Positions 11,984-22,962 of a stretch of 64,000 nucleotides of DNA are shown here, piece by piece. The stretch's first letter is position 1, and every line of letters starts with the position of its first letter. Source of the stretch: Felis catus (lineage: Eukaryota). The stretch spans positions 806,001 through 870,000 of the forward strand of contig NC_058383.1 of NCBI RefSeq assembly GCF_018350175.1. Direction: 5' to 3'. A program made the position numbers and the translations under genes. Below the pieces are notes generated by a model. That model had not been told where the DNA came from, searched no databases, and saw nothing but the letters and a program-made list of their open reading frames with translations.

Positions 11984-13934
11984 GAAATGCGCCCCAAATT
12001 AGCTTTGTTCTTCCTTGTCCTCTTTGAATAAATACATTTTCTGTGGCTTGTAGTTTTATACCCAGGAGTGCGTGAAGTTCTGTGAATTTGAACTTTGGGT
12101 GAGCAAAGAAGAGTCCTTCCCTGAAACCGTAGTGGCGCCACACGGCCACTTTATTTTCCCATGAGATCATAGGCGTTCCCACGTGTGGCGGGAACAGCTT
12201 CATGGTGGTGCTTTGGCCTTGACGGCCACAGGGGCTTATGTGCAGGAGATGAGCAAAGTGTGTTCTGTGGTCTGTGCTGTTACTTCCGCTCCAGGGATGG
12301 TTCGGCTGGAACATGGGGTGGAGGCAGTCGTTGGGGGAGGCCCTCGCGGGAGGCAGTGGCCCTTCGCCCGGTGGAGGTGGGCCCCGTTCTGAGTCTCGGC
12401 TGCGCCCGCTCCAACAGGGAGGTCCTCGGAGGCGGCCCTGGAGGCGCTCGGCTGCCTCTCAGAACTGCCAGGGCTGTGTGGCTTTTCCAGGCGGGCCTGC
12501 GGGCTTCCTCCTGGCCCGGCATTCCCGGCTCTACTCTTGGCCCGGGTCCCTGAGGGGAGCGTGGCTGCAGATCCCCGGCCAGCTTCCGTCCGTGACTCCT
12601 GCCCCGTGATTCCCGCTCACCTCCAGCATGGAGAGGCCAGGGAGCCATGACCTTGTTCCCCAGCTTTCCGCCACTCCTCTGTTTAATGCAAGTGCCCACA
12701 TGCTGGGCCAGACTCGAGGTCCTCCTCGGGAGGACAGGGCAGGGCCAGTGGCCAGGAGGGTGGCCCGTCATTTGTGTCTCGCCATGTTCCCGGCTGTGCC
12801 CCGCATGTAAGGGCACGCAGTACTTTTCAGATGATTGTTTTGAGGTAATGAAGGATGGTCCCAGGACTGAGAGTTATTCCCATTTTAGCATCTTACCCTG
12901 TGGCTCAAGTTTCTGGTTTTGTCTACTGTAGGTCATTGACACTGTTGGCTCTAACCTAGCAGAATAGGTTGAAGGGGAGAGGGAGGGGCCGAACGGACAC
13001 GAGGATTCTGTTGCTGGACCTTCCGGGTTGTGGAGCCAGTGTCACGGGGCGCTCTCCGCCCCTGGTGCTCTGGCCTGCGCCGCAGCCCCCTGCAGCGTGG
13101 CCATGCATGTCTTCTAGACCGGCGCACCAGGCATTAGCTTAGGAAGTTCGCTGGGAAGGGACGGGGCTAGCACCTGGACCCGGGTATCGTGCCTCCAGGG
13201 CGCTGTCCCCGAGATGCCACGCCACTTCCTGTGGGCTCACCATCCGGGGGAAAGCCCGGCACTTGACTGAACTCTGTGTCACCATCAAAGGTGCTGTGTG
13301 TGTGGCTACATTGAGGCTGCATTTTGAAGCCCGCTGTCACCCACCAAGTGGAACACAACGTCGTTCTTCAAGTGGAAGTGCGTTCCACAGCCATCGCCTG
13401 GTGCAGCGACGGTGCTTACATACTAGTGGGGATGGCCCCTCCCTCGTAGCATAGTAGAGGTCACGTGTGTCTATTACCCACAGCCACCTGTCCTCATCCT
13501 GACGCTGTAGGTAGGGGCCAGCAGCCCGAGCTCCGCTCGGATGGAGGAGCCAGTGCGGATCTGGTAGTCGCCGCAGGGAGCCCCTTGCACTTTCTCATTG
13601 AGCTGGTCTTGAATGTTTTTGTGGAGAAAACACATTTTTATTTGCTTTGGGCTTCTGTGTTTATCACCTGCCTTGTTCTTTTAAATTAGAACAGTGATCA
13701 TATGACCGACACTAATTTACTACTCTTAACAAACGTCTACTTCTCATTATTTGGGCAAAGTGTCTATCGAAGAACATTTGGAAACCACAGAGATGTACAA
13801 GGAGAATTACAGTCTCCTGGACCCTTCCACCCAGAGCTAACCCCGCTACACGGTGGGGCCAGCAGGCTTCTCCCTTGATGGCCCGGTCCAGACCACGCTG
13901 CGTGAATTAACCCCACACTCGTTTTGTGTCAGTA

Positions 13935-14164
13935 TTTTTTTTTTTTTTAATTTTTTTTTTTTAACGTTTATTTATTTTTGAGACAGAGAGAGACAGAGCA
14001 TGAACGGGGGAGGGGCAGAGAGAGAGGGAGACACAGAATCAGAAGCAGGCTCCAGGCTCTGAGCCATCAGCCCAGAGCCCGACGCGGGGCTCGAACTCAC
14101 AGACTGCGAGATCGTGACCTGGCTGAAGTCGGACGCTTAACCGACTGCGCCACCCAGGCGCCCC
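13935..14164 (-). mobile_element. Young full-length SINEC_Fc
   Basis: Clean poly-T, intact CpGs, perfect TSD ttgtgtcagtattttt. Confidence 0.95.
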
Positions 14165-14329
14165 TTGTGTCAGTATTTTTGTTTTTAATTATGTTCTTGT
14201 TGTAAAACTTCGGAAGGGTACAGCTAAAATAAGTTCCTTTCCCTTTTCCTTGTTCCTCCTCCACCCCCTCTGGTCTCCCTTCTAGAAGGAGCTGGTGCTG
14301 AGAGGAGTAGATCATGGGGGATTCTTTTG

Positions 14330-14440
14330 CTTTTAAAAATGAGGTAAAATGCACATAACATCAAAAATTAACCAGTAACTATTTTACAGCTGACGATTAA
14401 ATGGCATTTTTTAGTACATTCACAATGTTGTGCAACTCCC
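14330..14440 (-). mobile_element. L1M 3' end fragment
   Basis: gaggtaaaatgcacataacat...tagtacattcacaatgttgtgcaac. Confidence 0.6.
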
Positions 14441-15500
14441 ACCTAAATTTTGCTTTTTTGTACCTATGGAATTACGTGCTGTGTTTTGTCTTAAATGCAC
14501 GCGTATGGCTGTGCATCTTTCTTCATTTTATGTGGCAAGTGAGAGTGACTTGATTTCTGACAGCTCTGATACTAGGTGCACGTGCCAAATTCTAGTTCAT
14601 CAGTTTCGTATCCAGACAGACATTCAGGTTTTTCTGTTTGTATCCCTTTAAAAGCAGCGTTCTTCGGGTGTGTCTCCTTCTGCGTACCTATGTGTGTACG
14701 TGGGCAGATCCTTCCGTGCGGTGGAAAAACCAGAACGGGTGCGTTCGAGGCCGCAGAGCCATGTGGGTTCTGAGGACTGGACCTTTTGAGGTTCGGGTGA
14801 AGTACACCCTTGATGTGGTTCACATCAAAAAGGCTTTACATTTAAAAGGCTCGGACGTCTTTCCTTTGGGACATCCAGCCGTCCTCTCCAGAGCAGGGTA
14901 CTGATGGGGTGCGTGCAGAGGGCCAGACTGGAGTCCCCTTAGGAAGCTGGGAGCTTGGGAGGAGCCTAGCGCCTGCAGGGCCTTCCTGGGCCTGAGGCTG
15001 ACCTGAGTCCTTCCTGTGTTCCCAGGGAAGCACCCAGGGGATCTGGAAACAGACTCTTCTGTAGTCTCTGTCTTGCCTAAGGCAACGCATAAAGCCCCCA
15101 ACAAAAGGTAGAAGTTAAAGATAGGTCGCTGCTCTGAAAAATTGTCACTTGTCGTGGTGGCTTACAGCAGAATTTTGCTTATTGGACCAGCCTCAGGCTC
15201 TAGAGAAAGAAGGACTTAAATGCCTGCTTCCTTTGGGTGAGTGAGCGGAGCCACCAGGCAGGGTGTGGCTGTCACCAAGCGAGCAGATGCAGTGTAGACA
15301 CAGCTGTGGTAGACCAGCTGCAGGCGCCTTCCCTGAGCTGGGCAGCTGAGACACGAGGGCTGGACCCTAAGTCAGGAGAAGCCTCTGTCCTGAAGATGCC
15401 TCAGTTAGCAATTAAGTAGTTAAAACCCGTTTCCACTTGCACTTCCTACGTTGATGTCACTCTGGGAAGAAAATGGTTTTGTGCAGTTTCAGGTTAAAAA

Positions 15501-15709
15501 TTTTTTTTTAACGTGTACTCATTTTTGAGAGAGACAGAATGTGAGTGGGTTAGGGGCAGAGAGAGAGGGAGACACAGAAGCAGAAGCAGGCTCCAGGCTC
15601 TGAGCCATCAGCACGCGGGGCTCGACGCGGGGCTCGAACTCACGAGCTGTGAGATCATGACCTGAGCCGAAGTCGGATGCTCAACAGACTGAGCCACCCG
15701 GGCGCCCCC
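15501..15709 (-). mobile_element. SINEC_Fc-type SINE
   Basis: Reverse-complement body; TSD tgtgcagtttcag. Confidence 0.92.
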
Positions 15710-16118
15710 ATGTGCAGTTTCAGTTTAAATAGATTCTCCAGTTGACTCCCCAGAGACTGACCCGCACTGTTTTCCCAGGACGGCAGCATGCGGGTCCCCG
15801 CCCCGTGTGCTCTCGCCAGGGCTCCGTTTTTCCTTTTAAACTTCTGCCAACTTGGTGGGTAAAAAATGGAGTTTCAGTGTTTTTGATTATCAGGGAACCA
15901 GACCACATATTACCTCTCAGTAAGTTTTTTCTCTTTGTACGGAGCTTTGTAGCCAGTTTTCACTGGAGCGTAGAACAGGAGAGTGAGCAGAGTGGGGACC
16001 GACCACGGTCCACGGGTTCCACGGTGTTTTTGGCACCAGACTCTAGGCCACAAATGGCCTCCGTAAAAAAAAACAAAAAAACACCTCATCTTATTTCTTT
16101 AAAATCACACCCACCCAT

Positions 16119-16333
16119 GGGGCGCCTGGGTGGCGCAGTCGGTTAAGCGTCCGACTTCAGCCAGGTCACGATCTCGCGGTCCGTGAGTTCGAGCCCCACG
16201 TCAGGCTCTGGGCTGATGGCTCAGAGCCTGGAGCCTGTTTCCGATTCTGTGTCTCCCTCTCTCTCTGCCCCTCCCCCGTTCATGCTCTGTCTCTCTCTGT
16301 CCCAAAAATAAATAAACGTTGAAAAAAAAAAAA
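16119..16333 (+). mobile_element. Young full-length SINEC_Fc
   Basis: Intact head and B box, A tail, perfect TSD taaaatcacacccaccca. Confidence 0.95.
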
Positions 16334-17127
16334 TTTAAAATCACACCCACCCAGACTTCGGCAGTCCCAGCTGGCCTCCTGCCGCACGCTGGCGCAAGGG
16401 CCCCTGACCGGGCGGTACGGGGACCGGTCTCAGAAGCGCTTCTGGGCAGGCCCTGGCCTTGCCACCGGGTCTCCGTGTGAGGGGAGCTGTCAGGAATGCA
16501 GAGTTCCGGCAACTGGAACTTGTAGACCATCGCCCTGCACATTTTAGGTTAATAGGATGGACACAGCAGAGATCACGTCGTATCTTCTGAAGCTCTAGGC
16601 CCTGATTAAAAAGCAGAGAGGACCGCTGAGGATTGCTGGCTTAGTCGTTCCAGAATCTAACTGCTCCTCCCAGGCGCTCTTGCCGGTGGTTTCTGGCGCA
16701 GGCATCTTTGCAGCCGCTGGTCGTATCCGATGGTCCTTTTGTAGGCAGGTGACAGAGTGAACTGGGTGGGCCAGAGGCCAGTTAAGGGAGGGGCTGTCGA
16801 GCAGTATGTAGATTTGGGGTGTACGTCAGCAGAATTGGAGTGCAGTTACCTCAGACCGGCTTGTTTTGTGCAGGCTCGCCTGGGCCAGAGATCTGGCATT
16901 GGGCTCACCGTTACAGGTTTGCCGTGTCGCTCTGCCTCTGTCAGGAGGTGACGTGCCACGCGAGGCGGTGACATTTGTCGTCAGGGCTTTTCCCAAGTCC
17001 TCTCTGATGTACCTTTGAAGAGTTGGTTCTGCTCTTCCCGAGATGAATAATTTGGCTCTCTGACTTTTCAGGGGAGTAGATGTTGGCCCTGTGGGAAGAA
17101 ATAACTCTGTTCACGGTTTTTCAATAG

Positions 17128-17325
17128 GCGGTGCCTCTTTCCACACGGATAGGATTTTGTGGCTGGCCACGGACACTTCGTCATCCCTGTCGTCATTCTT
17201 AGCCCACCTTTTCCGAGTGGTTTTAATGAAGCTCAATTATGAATCAGGAAATTACAAATTGAAAAGTTACGAATCAAAAGATCGTGAATCAAAAAGCTAT
17301 AAGTCAAAAAGCCATGAATCAAAAG
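17128..17325 (+). CDS. SUN1: SUN1 coding exon 6, cassette (GASFHTDRILWLA...VVLMKLNYES...SHESK)
   Basis: tcaatag acceptor, AAG|gtattt donor, 198 nt, phase 1 to 1; resembles the mouse Sun1 alternative exon as I recall it. Confidence 0.87.
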
Positions 17326-17649
17326 GTATTTAAATAATTTTTTTCCTCCTTTTTCCACCTAATCATGCTTTCAAGGTGGAGAAAACACCGCTTTTCCTGC
17401 GTGGCGCTTTATCCGCGTTGCTCCTCTCACGCCCTTTCCGCGGACTTTCTCGTGGTGCTTTGTTCGGGTCTTCCTATAAGGGGCTATGGAACTCTCTAAC
17501 ATGTGCTGCTTTGGTTCTGTTTTCTGAAAGCGGACCGGCGCTTAAATGTTTTTCGAGTCACTTTTTAAAAAGTTAACGTACTCCACTTTCGATTCGTATT
17601 CCCTCTTGAAGGCAGAAGTAGCTTATTTGAATGGCACTTAGAAGGTAGT

Positions 17650-18150
17650 GGTCTCCGGCCGTTTTTGAGCAGGCCCGTCCGTCTCTGTCGCATTGGCCGT
17701 GGGTGCCTGGCTCGGCCAGGTGGGGCCCGCGAGTGTCTCCCTGGCAACGCCCCGTCGCCCCGCCTCCCCTGCGCGGCTGCGCCGCGGGCCGGCCTGAGGC
17801 CCGCGTGCTTGGCCTCGCGTGCCCTCCGGCCCGGACTCCGCCTCCGCCTCCGCCAGCGTCTCTGAGCCTTTTTTGCGTGTATTGCAGCTCTTTCCGGTCA
17901 CTGTGGGACGGTGGATGTAGGAGGGCTTCTCAGAGAGGACGGCCGCCTCAGTGTAAACGGGGAGTCCCCGTGTAAGTATGGCCGCGCCGCGCGGGGGACG
18001 CTGGGCACGGGCGGGGGCTGCCGCAGGTGGTGGCGCGAGGCCGCGGACACGGCCCCACGGCCCCCCGGGCGCGCAGCCCTCGCGGGTTAGCGCGGGCCGG
18101 CCCCTCGCAAGAGGCGCCGGCAGCCCCAGGTTGCGTCTGCTGTGACATGT
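17650..18150. promoter_or_regulatory. Intragenic CpG island around SUN1 exon 7
   Basis: Dense CpG and GC boxes on both sides of the 84-nt exon. Confidence 0.6.
17888..17971 (+). CDS. SUN1: SUN1 coding exon 7, cassette (ALSGHCGTVDVGGLLREDGRLSVNGESP)
   Basis: ttgcag acceptor, T|gtaagt donor, 84 nt, phase 1 to 1. Confidence 0.83.
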
Positions 18151-18279
18151 CCGTGCATCTATTTTCCTGCACAATTGAGTTTCCTAATGTTTTCAAACCG
18201 CCATTGTTGTGCACAGTCGAGATTGACCAGGTCTGCGTGGTAATCTGTCAAATTAACTGCTTGTCACCACCACCCACAG

Positions 18280-18390
18280 GCGATGACTGTGAGGGGAAGA
18301 AGCTCCTTGAAACGCACACAGACATCCGCTTGCGGTCCTCAAGGCCGGAGAGGGTGGCGGGGGCCATTTGGCACGTCTTTTCTTACGCAG
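18280..18390 (+). CDS. SUN1: SUN1 coding exon 8, cassette (CDDCEGKKLLETH...WHVFSYA)
   Basis: ccacag acceptor, CAG|gttgtg donor, 111 nt, phase 1 to 1. Confidence 0.9.
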
Positions 18391-19457
18391 GTTGTGTCTC
18401 ACACCTTTTTGTTTTGTTCTTATCGTGTTCTTCGCAAATGCTGTGGCTCCTTGTTTGTTTGTGTTGTAAAAACTGACAGGAAGAGTACTGACTTTAGCTT
18501 GAAATACAGAGAATGTCTCTGTCGGGAAGCTCCTTTGGAACGTATCGAGTTCAGGCTAAACGTCTGAGAAGTAACCTGCTTGAGGTGACACGACGGGTTA
18601 GAAAGGCTGGTCGTCCTCCCGGGTGGAGCTCAGTAGGAGCCGTTGCCCTGTGCATCGCTCCCGTGACCGCCGCGTCCTGAGCCTTTGCGGCAAGGAGGTG
18701 TACGTGCACAGTTACATGTTTTCTAACTTGCACCCCTAAGTTTCTTGCTAAAGGGGCACCTTTTTTAGAGTTTTTTTTTTAAAGCTAAACTTCAAAAGTC
18801 ATGGCCTCTTAACTGTTAATAAAACATAAAATGATAGATTAAAAACTCCTGTTCAACGATGTTTCTTTTCCTCTCAGGCATGTTGGAATTAACAGCGTCA
18901 GGAGTCAACACGCAAATGCGTATATAACTTTCAGCAGTTTTGCTGCCTTATGTGATGCGTGGTGTTTGATAACCAAAGTCTATCATGTTAGTCTGTTACC
19001 CAGCGGTACTGCCGTTTGTCATTCCAAAATACTTTTTCACTAGAAAGTGCTAACTTGTAGAATGATCAAGTGAAGACCAAGTCTATGGTTTTGGAGTCAC
19101 CATGGTCTCACCTAGAGCACGTTAACTGCTGGTGCCTACAGATTTTATCTGTTAGCTCCAGCGGTGGGCGTGGGGGTAGCTGCCCGCCACCCTCAGGGCT
19201 TTCTGTAGGGGAGTCTGCCTTCCCTGCGTTGGGAGGAAGTGAACGCGGCGGCGTTTCATAATTGAATTTCAGAATCTCGCTCGGACTTAAATAGTTGATC
19301 ATTTCTTCTCCTTGAGAAGAGACTCTTGACGTAACTGATTTGAGAGTCTTGGTAAAATGGATCCCAGTGGGAATTTCTTGTACTGTAACTATGGAGAGCT
19401 GGTTTTCCGGTGTGAGTTTTGAGTGTGCCCCTCTTGCACGCATCTTGTCTATCACAG

Positions 19458-19556
19458 GTCACCTCTTGGTACAGATGCTGCAGAGGATTGGAGCTTCCGG
19501 ATGGTTTGTGTCGAAGACACTGTTGTCGCTCCTTTGGTTGGCCGTAGTTGCTCCAG
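19458..19556 (+). CDS. SUN1: SUN1 coding exon 9 (GHLLVQMLQRIGASGWFVSKTLLSLLWLAVVAP)
   Basis: tcacag acceptor, CAG|gtggtt donor, 99 nt, phase 1 to 1. Confidence 0.92.
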
Positions 19557-20105
19557 GTGGTTATTCCGGCTCTCTGTGTTAGCGCTCTCTCCAGGGCTTT
19601 GGGCAGCTAGCGCCTGCAAGAGATGACTTATCTAACCAGATGAAAGTTTCGTTTCAGGGCTACGTGCTTTGATCCTTGACATAACATGTTTCGTTCTCGG
19701 TTGCGTACAAGTGCTAACACACTGTGTTCTCGGGTGTGTGAGGGTGTGTGAGCGTCTTCGTCTCTCCTCTGTGTTGTGTCCTGTGTTAAGTCTAGCTGCT
19801 TGAGTTAACTGTAATTGAGAATGCATGAATTTGGGGTTTCCCCTTTTTATCACTGTTCTGCGGCTCTGTCAGCATTCCATATTGCTTTGTGCTTATGACG
19901 TCCCTGTGTTTGACCGTATGGATGTTCCTGCCGTGACGATCGGCGTCTTAATGTGCGCCATCCCTAATTTCATCTCAGCATACTTACGTGATACTTGTTT
20001 GCACGTTGCCTTGTGCTCTCTTTTGGCCTTCACGAAAACTGTCTATTTAGGAATTTGATTTCCCAAAGACCATTTCTTTAGAATGTTTGGTGTTTTCTCT
20101 TTTAG

Positions 20106-20199
20106 GGAAGGCAGCCTCTGGAATACTCTGGTGGCTAGGGATTGGATGGTACCAGTTTGTTACTTTGATTTCTTGGCTGAATGTGTTTCTTCTTACAAG
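20106..20199 (+). CDS. SUN1: SUN1 coding exon 10 (GKAASGILWWLGIGWYQFVTLISWLNVFLLTR)
   Basis: ttttag acceptor, AAG|gtaaga donor, 94 nt; hydrophobic segment. Confidence 0.95.
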
Positions 20200-20242
20200 G
20201 TAAGAAAACCAGTATCATGTCAACTCCATGTTTTTTGTTTGT

Positions 20243-21346
20243 TTTTAAACATTTATTTATTTATTTAATTTATCTATTTAGAGAAACAGCAAAGGGGGAA
20301 GGGCAGAGAGAGAGGGAGAGAGAATCCCAAGTAGGCTCTAGGCTGTCAGCAGAGAGCCGGATGCAGGGCTCAGACTCACGAACCATGAGATCGTGGTCTG
20401 AGCTAAAGTCAAGAGTCAGACACTTAACCCACTGAGCACCCTGGGCGCCCCTCAACTTGGTGTTTTAAAGAACTGACTTTGTGGGATGCCTGGGTGGCTC
20501 AGTCAGTGAAGTGTCCGACTTCGGCTCAGGTCATGATCTCGTGGTTCGTGAGTTCGAGCCCTGCGTCGGGCTCTGTGCTGACAGCTCAGAGCCTGGAACC
20601 TGCTTCAGATTCTGTGTCTCCCTCTCTCTCTGTCCCTCCCCCATTTGCACTGTGTCTCTCTCAAAAATAAACGTTAAAAAATTTTTTATAATAAAATACT
20701 GACCTTGTGCTAATTGCAGGACATAATTTGATTTGTTGGGTGTTTGGTTTGTTTGTTTGTTTTTGTTTTTATTTTATTTTTTATTTTTTATTTTTTACTG
20801 TTTATTTATTTTTGACAGAGAGCATGAGTTGGGGAGGGGCAGAGAGAGAGGGAGACACAGAATCCGGAGTAGGTTCCAGGCTCTGAGCTGTCAGCACAGA
20901 GCCCAATGCGGGGCTCGAACTCACAGACCGCAAGATCATGACCTGAGCCTAAGTTGGACAGTCAGCCGACTGCGCCACCCAGGCGCCCCTCTTTTGTTTA
21001 TTTTTTTAATGTTTATTCATGACCTGAGCCTAAGTCAGACGCTTAACCGACTGAGGCCCCCAGCATCCCTGATTTGATGTTTTATAATGATTTATGTTCT
21101 ATTTACATTTTTATAGTTCAGTATATTAATGTCTTGCCTATTTTCTATCACTTTATTTTTATTTCTTAATTTTTGAGAGAGAGACGGCACACGCATGTGT
21201 GCACATGCCTTTGAGGGGGAAAGGGGCGGAGGGAGAGGATCCTAAGTAGGATCCTGATGCAGGGCTTGGTCTCCCAACTGTGAGATGATAACCTGAGCTG
21301 GAATCCAGAGTTGGATGCTTAACCCACTGAGCCGTCTGGGCACCCC
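20243..21346. mobile_element. SINE cluster: 20243-20451 (-), 20483-20695 (+), 20745-20989 (-), 20990-21069 (-, internally deleted), 21151-21346 (-)
   Basis: Five recognisable SINE heads and bodies in SUN1 intron 10. Confidence 0.88.
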
Positions 21347-21653
21347 TGTGTCACCTCATAGTTTACAAAGTGCTTTCATGTTTTTATTTAATCTTTCAGA
21401 CCACTTCTGTGAGAAAGGAAAGGCACTGTCATTCTTGGAGTACAGGGGTGACCCAGGTCGGGAGGGGGACGGTCGGGACTGGGAGCCAGACCGGGCAGTT
21501 CCTCCGGCTCCCAGTGACCTTAGTGTGGCTAGTGACCAAAGCTCTTTAGTGCCCTGCGTGGCACCTTGCATGTCAAGAGTTAGTGAATACAGTCGATGGT
21601 TAATATGGGCCAGGAGACATCATTTTATGGACAGGCTCCCCTGTAGGCGCCGA

Positions 21654-21750
21654 GGGGGTGCCTGGCTGGCTCAGTCGGGGAGCCTGCGACGGTGGAGCTC
21701 TGGGTTATGCGTCCAAGCCCCACGTTAGGTGTGGAGCCTACTTTGCAAAC
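21654..21750 (+). mobile_element. Short old carnivore SINE
   Basis: ggggtgcctggctggctcagtcgg...caagccccacgttaggtgtggag. Confidence 0.75.
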
Positions 21751-21904
21751 GGACAGACAGCTGTAACTGCATTTCTAATACTGTCGACTTTCATTTTGAA
21801 ATAAGAGTGGGGTTATTTGGTATGAAATTACACAGAGAGGTAAAATGGAACGGTGATCCTGCCCTTTCTTTTTCCCAAGGTAATATTTTTCTTTTTATTC
21901 CTAG

Positions 21905-21963
21905 GTGCCTTCGAAACATTTGCAAGTTTTTAATCTTGTTCATTCCATTATTGCTTTTACTAG
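21905..21963 (+). CDS. SUN1: SUN1 coding exon 11 (CLRNICKFLILFIPLLLLL), transmembrane helix
   Basis: tcctag acceptor, TAG|gtaagt donor, 59 nt. Confidence 0.95.
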
Positions 21964-22107
21964 GTAAGTAGAATTCGACCTACTTACCTCAGATGATTAA
22001 CAGATACACGTAAAGGTGAAAGGAGGGAAAGGGCTGCGGACCTCGGTGCACGTTGTGCAGAGCGTTGTCTGCACATACACGTGCAGCTGGTCCCTCTCCT
22101 CTTCTAG

Positions 22108-22253
22108 GTGCAGGTCTGTCCCTGTGTGGCCAGGGACACTTCCTGTCAGGCCTTCCTGTGTTCAACTGGACACGTGCGCACGGAACCCAGAGGGTGGACA
22201 TCCCTGAGGGCACCTTCACACCTGATGCCCCTCATCTGAGCCAGCCGCCAGAG
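22108..22253 (+). CDS. SUN1: SUN1 coding exon 12 (GAGLSLCGQGHFLSGLPVFNWT...QPPE)
   Basis: ttctag acceptor, GAG|gtagcc donor, 146 nt, phase 1 to 0. Confidence 0.9.
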
Positions 22254-22722
22254 GTAGCCACCCGGGAAGCCCCCTTCTCCGGCCTTCCCCATCCGTAGTC
22301 CTCCCAGTAGGTTTTCGTACTGCTGGGAACAGGTGCCCTGCCCTGTGTCAGAAAGTATGTTTAAACATCCGATAGGCAAGGCTTAAGACTTGCTCCTTAA
22401 ATGTTCGGAGATAGTTTGGGTAATGCCTATTTAAATTTTCTCATTCTGTTAATTTTAATTAAAAAAAAAAAAAACAACAACAGCGTTTCCTACTTTGGAA
22501 AATACAGAGTGTATGAAGAAGAAAATATAACCCCCCATGTCTGCCACATGGGGAAAATCCCTGATGACGGCCATCGTCACGCTGTGTATCCGTAGCATTT
22601 AGGGGACCTTTCACTGCAGTGTTTGGTTTGTGCTTTTGACTCAAAACTGCACTTCAGATTATTTGACGCCAGACGGAGTTCTCCATTTGTGTTGCGGTTG
22701 GAACTTGCTGTCCCTGTTGTAG

Positions 22723-22962
22723 GTCGGCAGCGAGGCTTTCCCCCGGCATCCGATGAGCGAGGTGGAAAGGCAGGTGGCCTCGTTGTCTGGACAGTGTCAC
22801 GGCCACGACGAGAAGCTCCGAGAGCTGGCAGCTGTGCTTCGGAGACTGCAGGCGCGGGTGGACCAGATGGACGGAGACGGCGGCGGGACCCTGTCCCTGG
22901 TTAGAAGAGCGGTGGGGCGGCCTTCAGGGGCCACACGTGCTGGCGGACTGTCGGGCTCCGAG
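22723..22962 (+). CDS. SUN1: SUN1 coding exon 13 (VGSEAFPRHPMSEVERQVASLSGQC...LQARVDQMD...GSE), coiled coil
   Basis: ttgtag acceptor, GAG|gttgtg donor, 240 nt. Confidence 0.88.

Noticed and set aside
17072..17127. Upstream acceptor (ttttcag at 17071) for SUN1 exon 6
   Set aside because: Adds 56 nt, shifts the frame and meets an immediate TAG; at most a decay-targeted variant.
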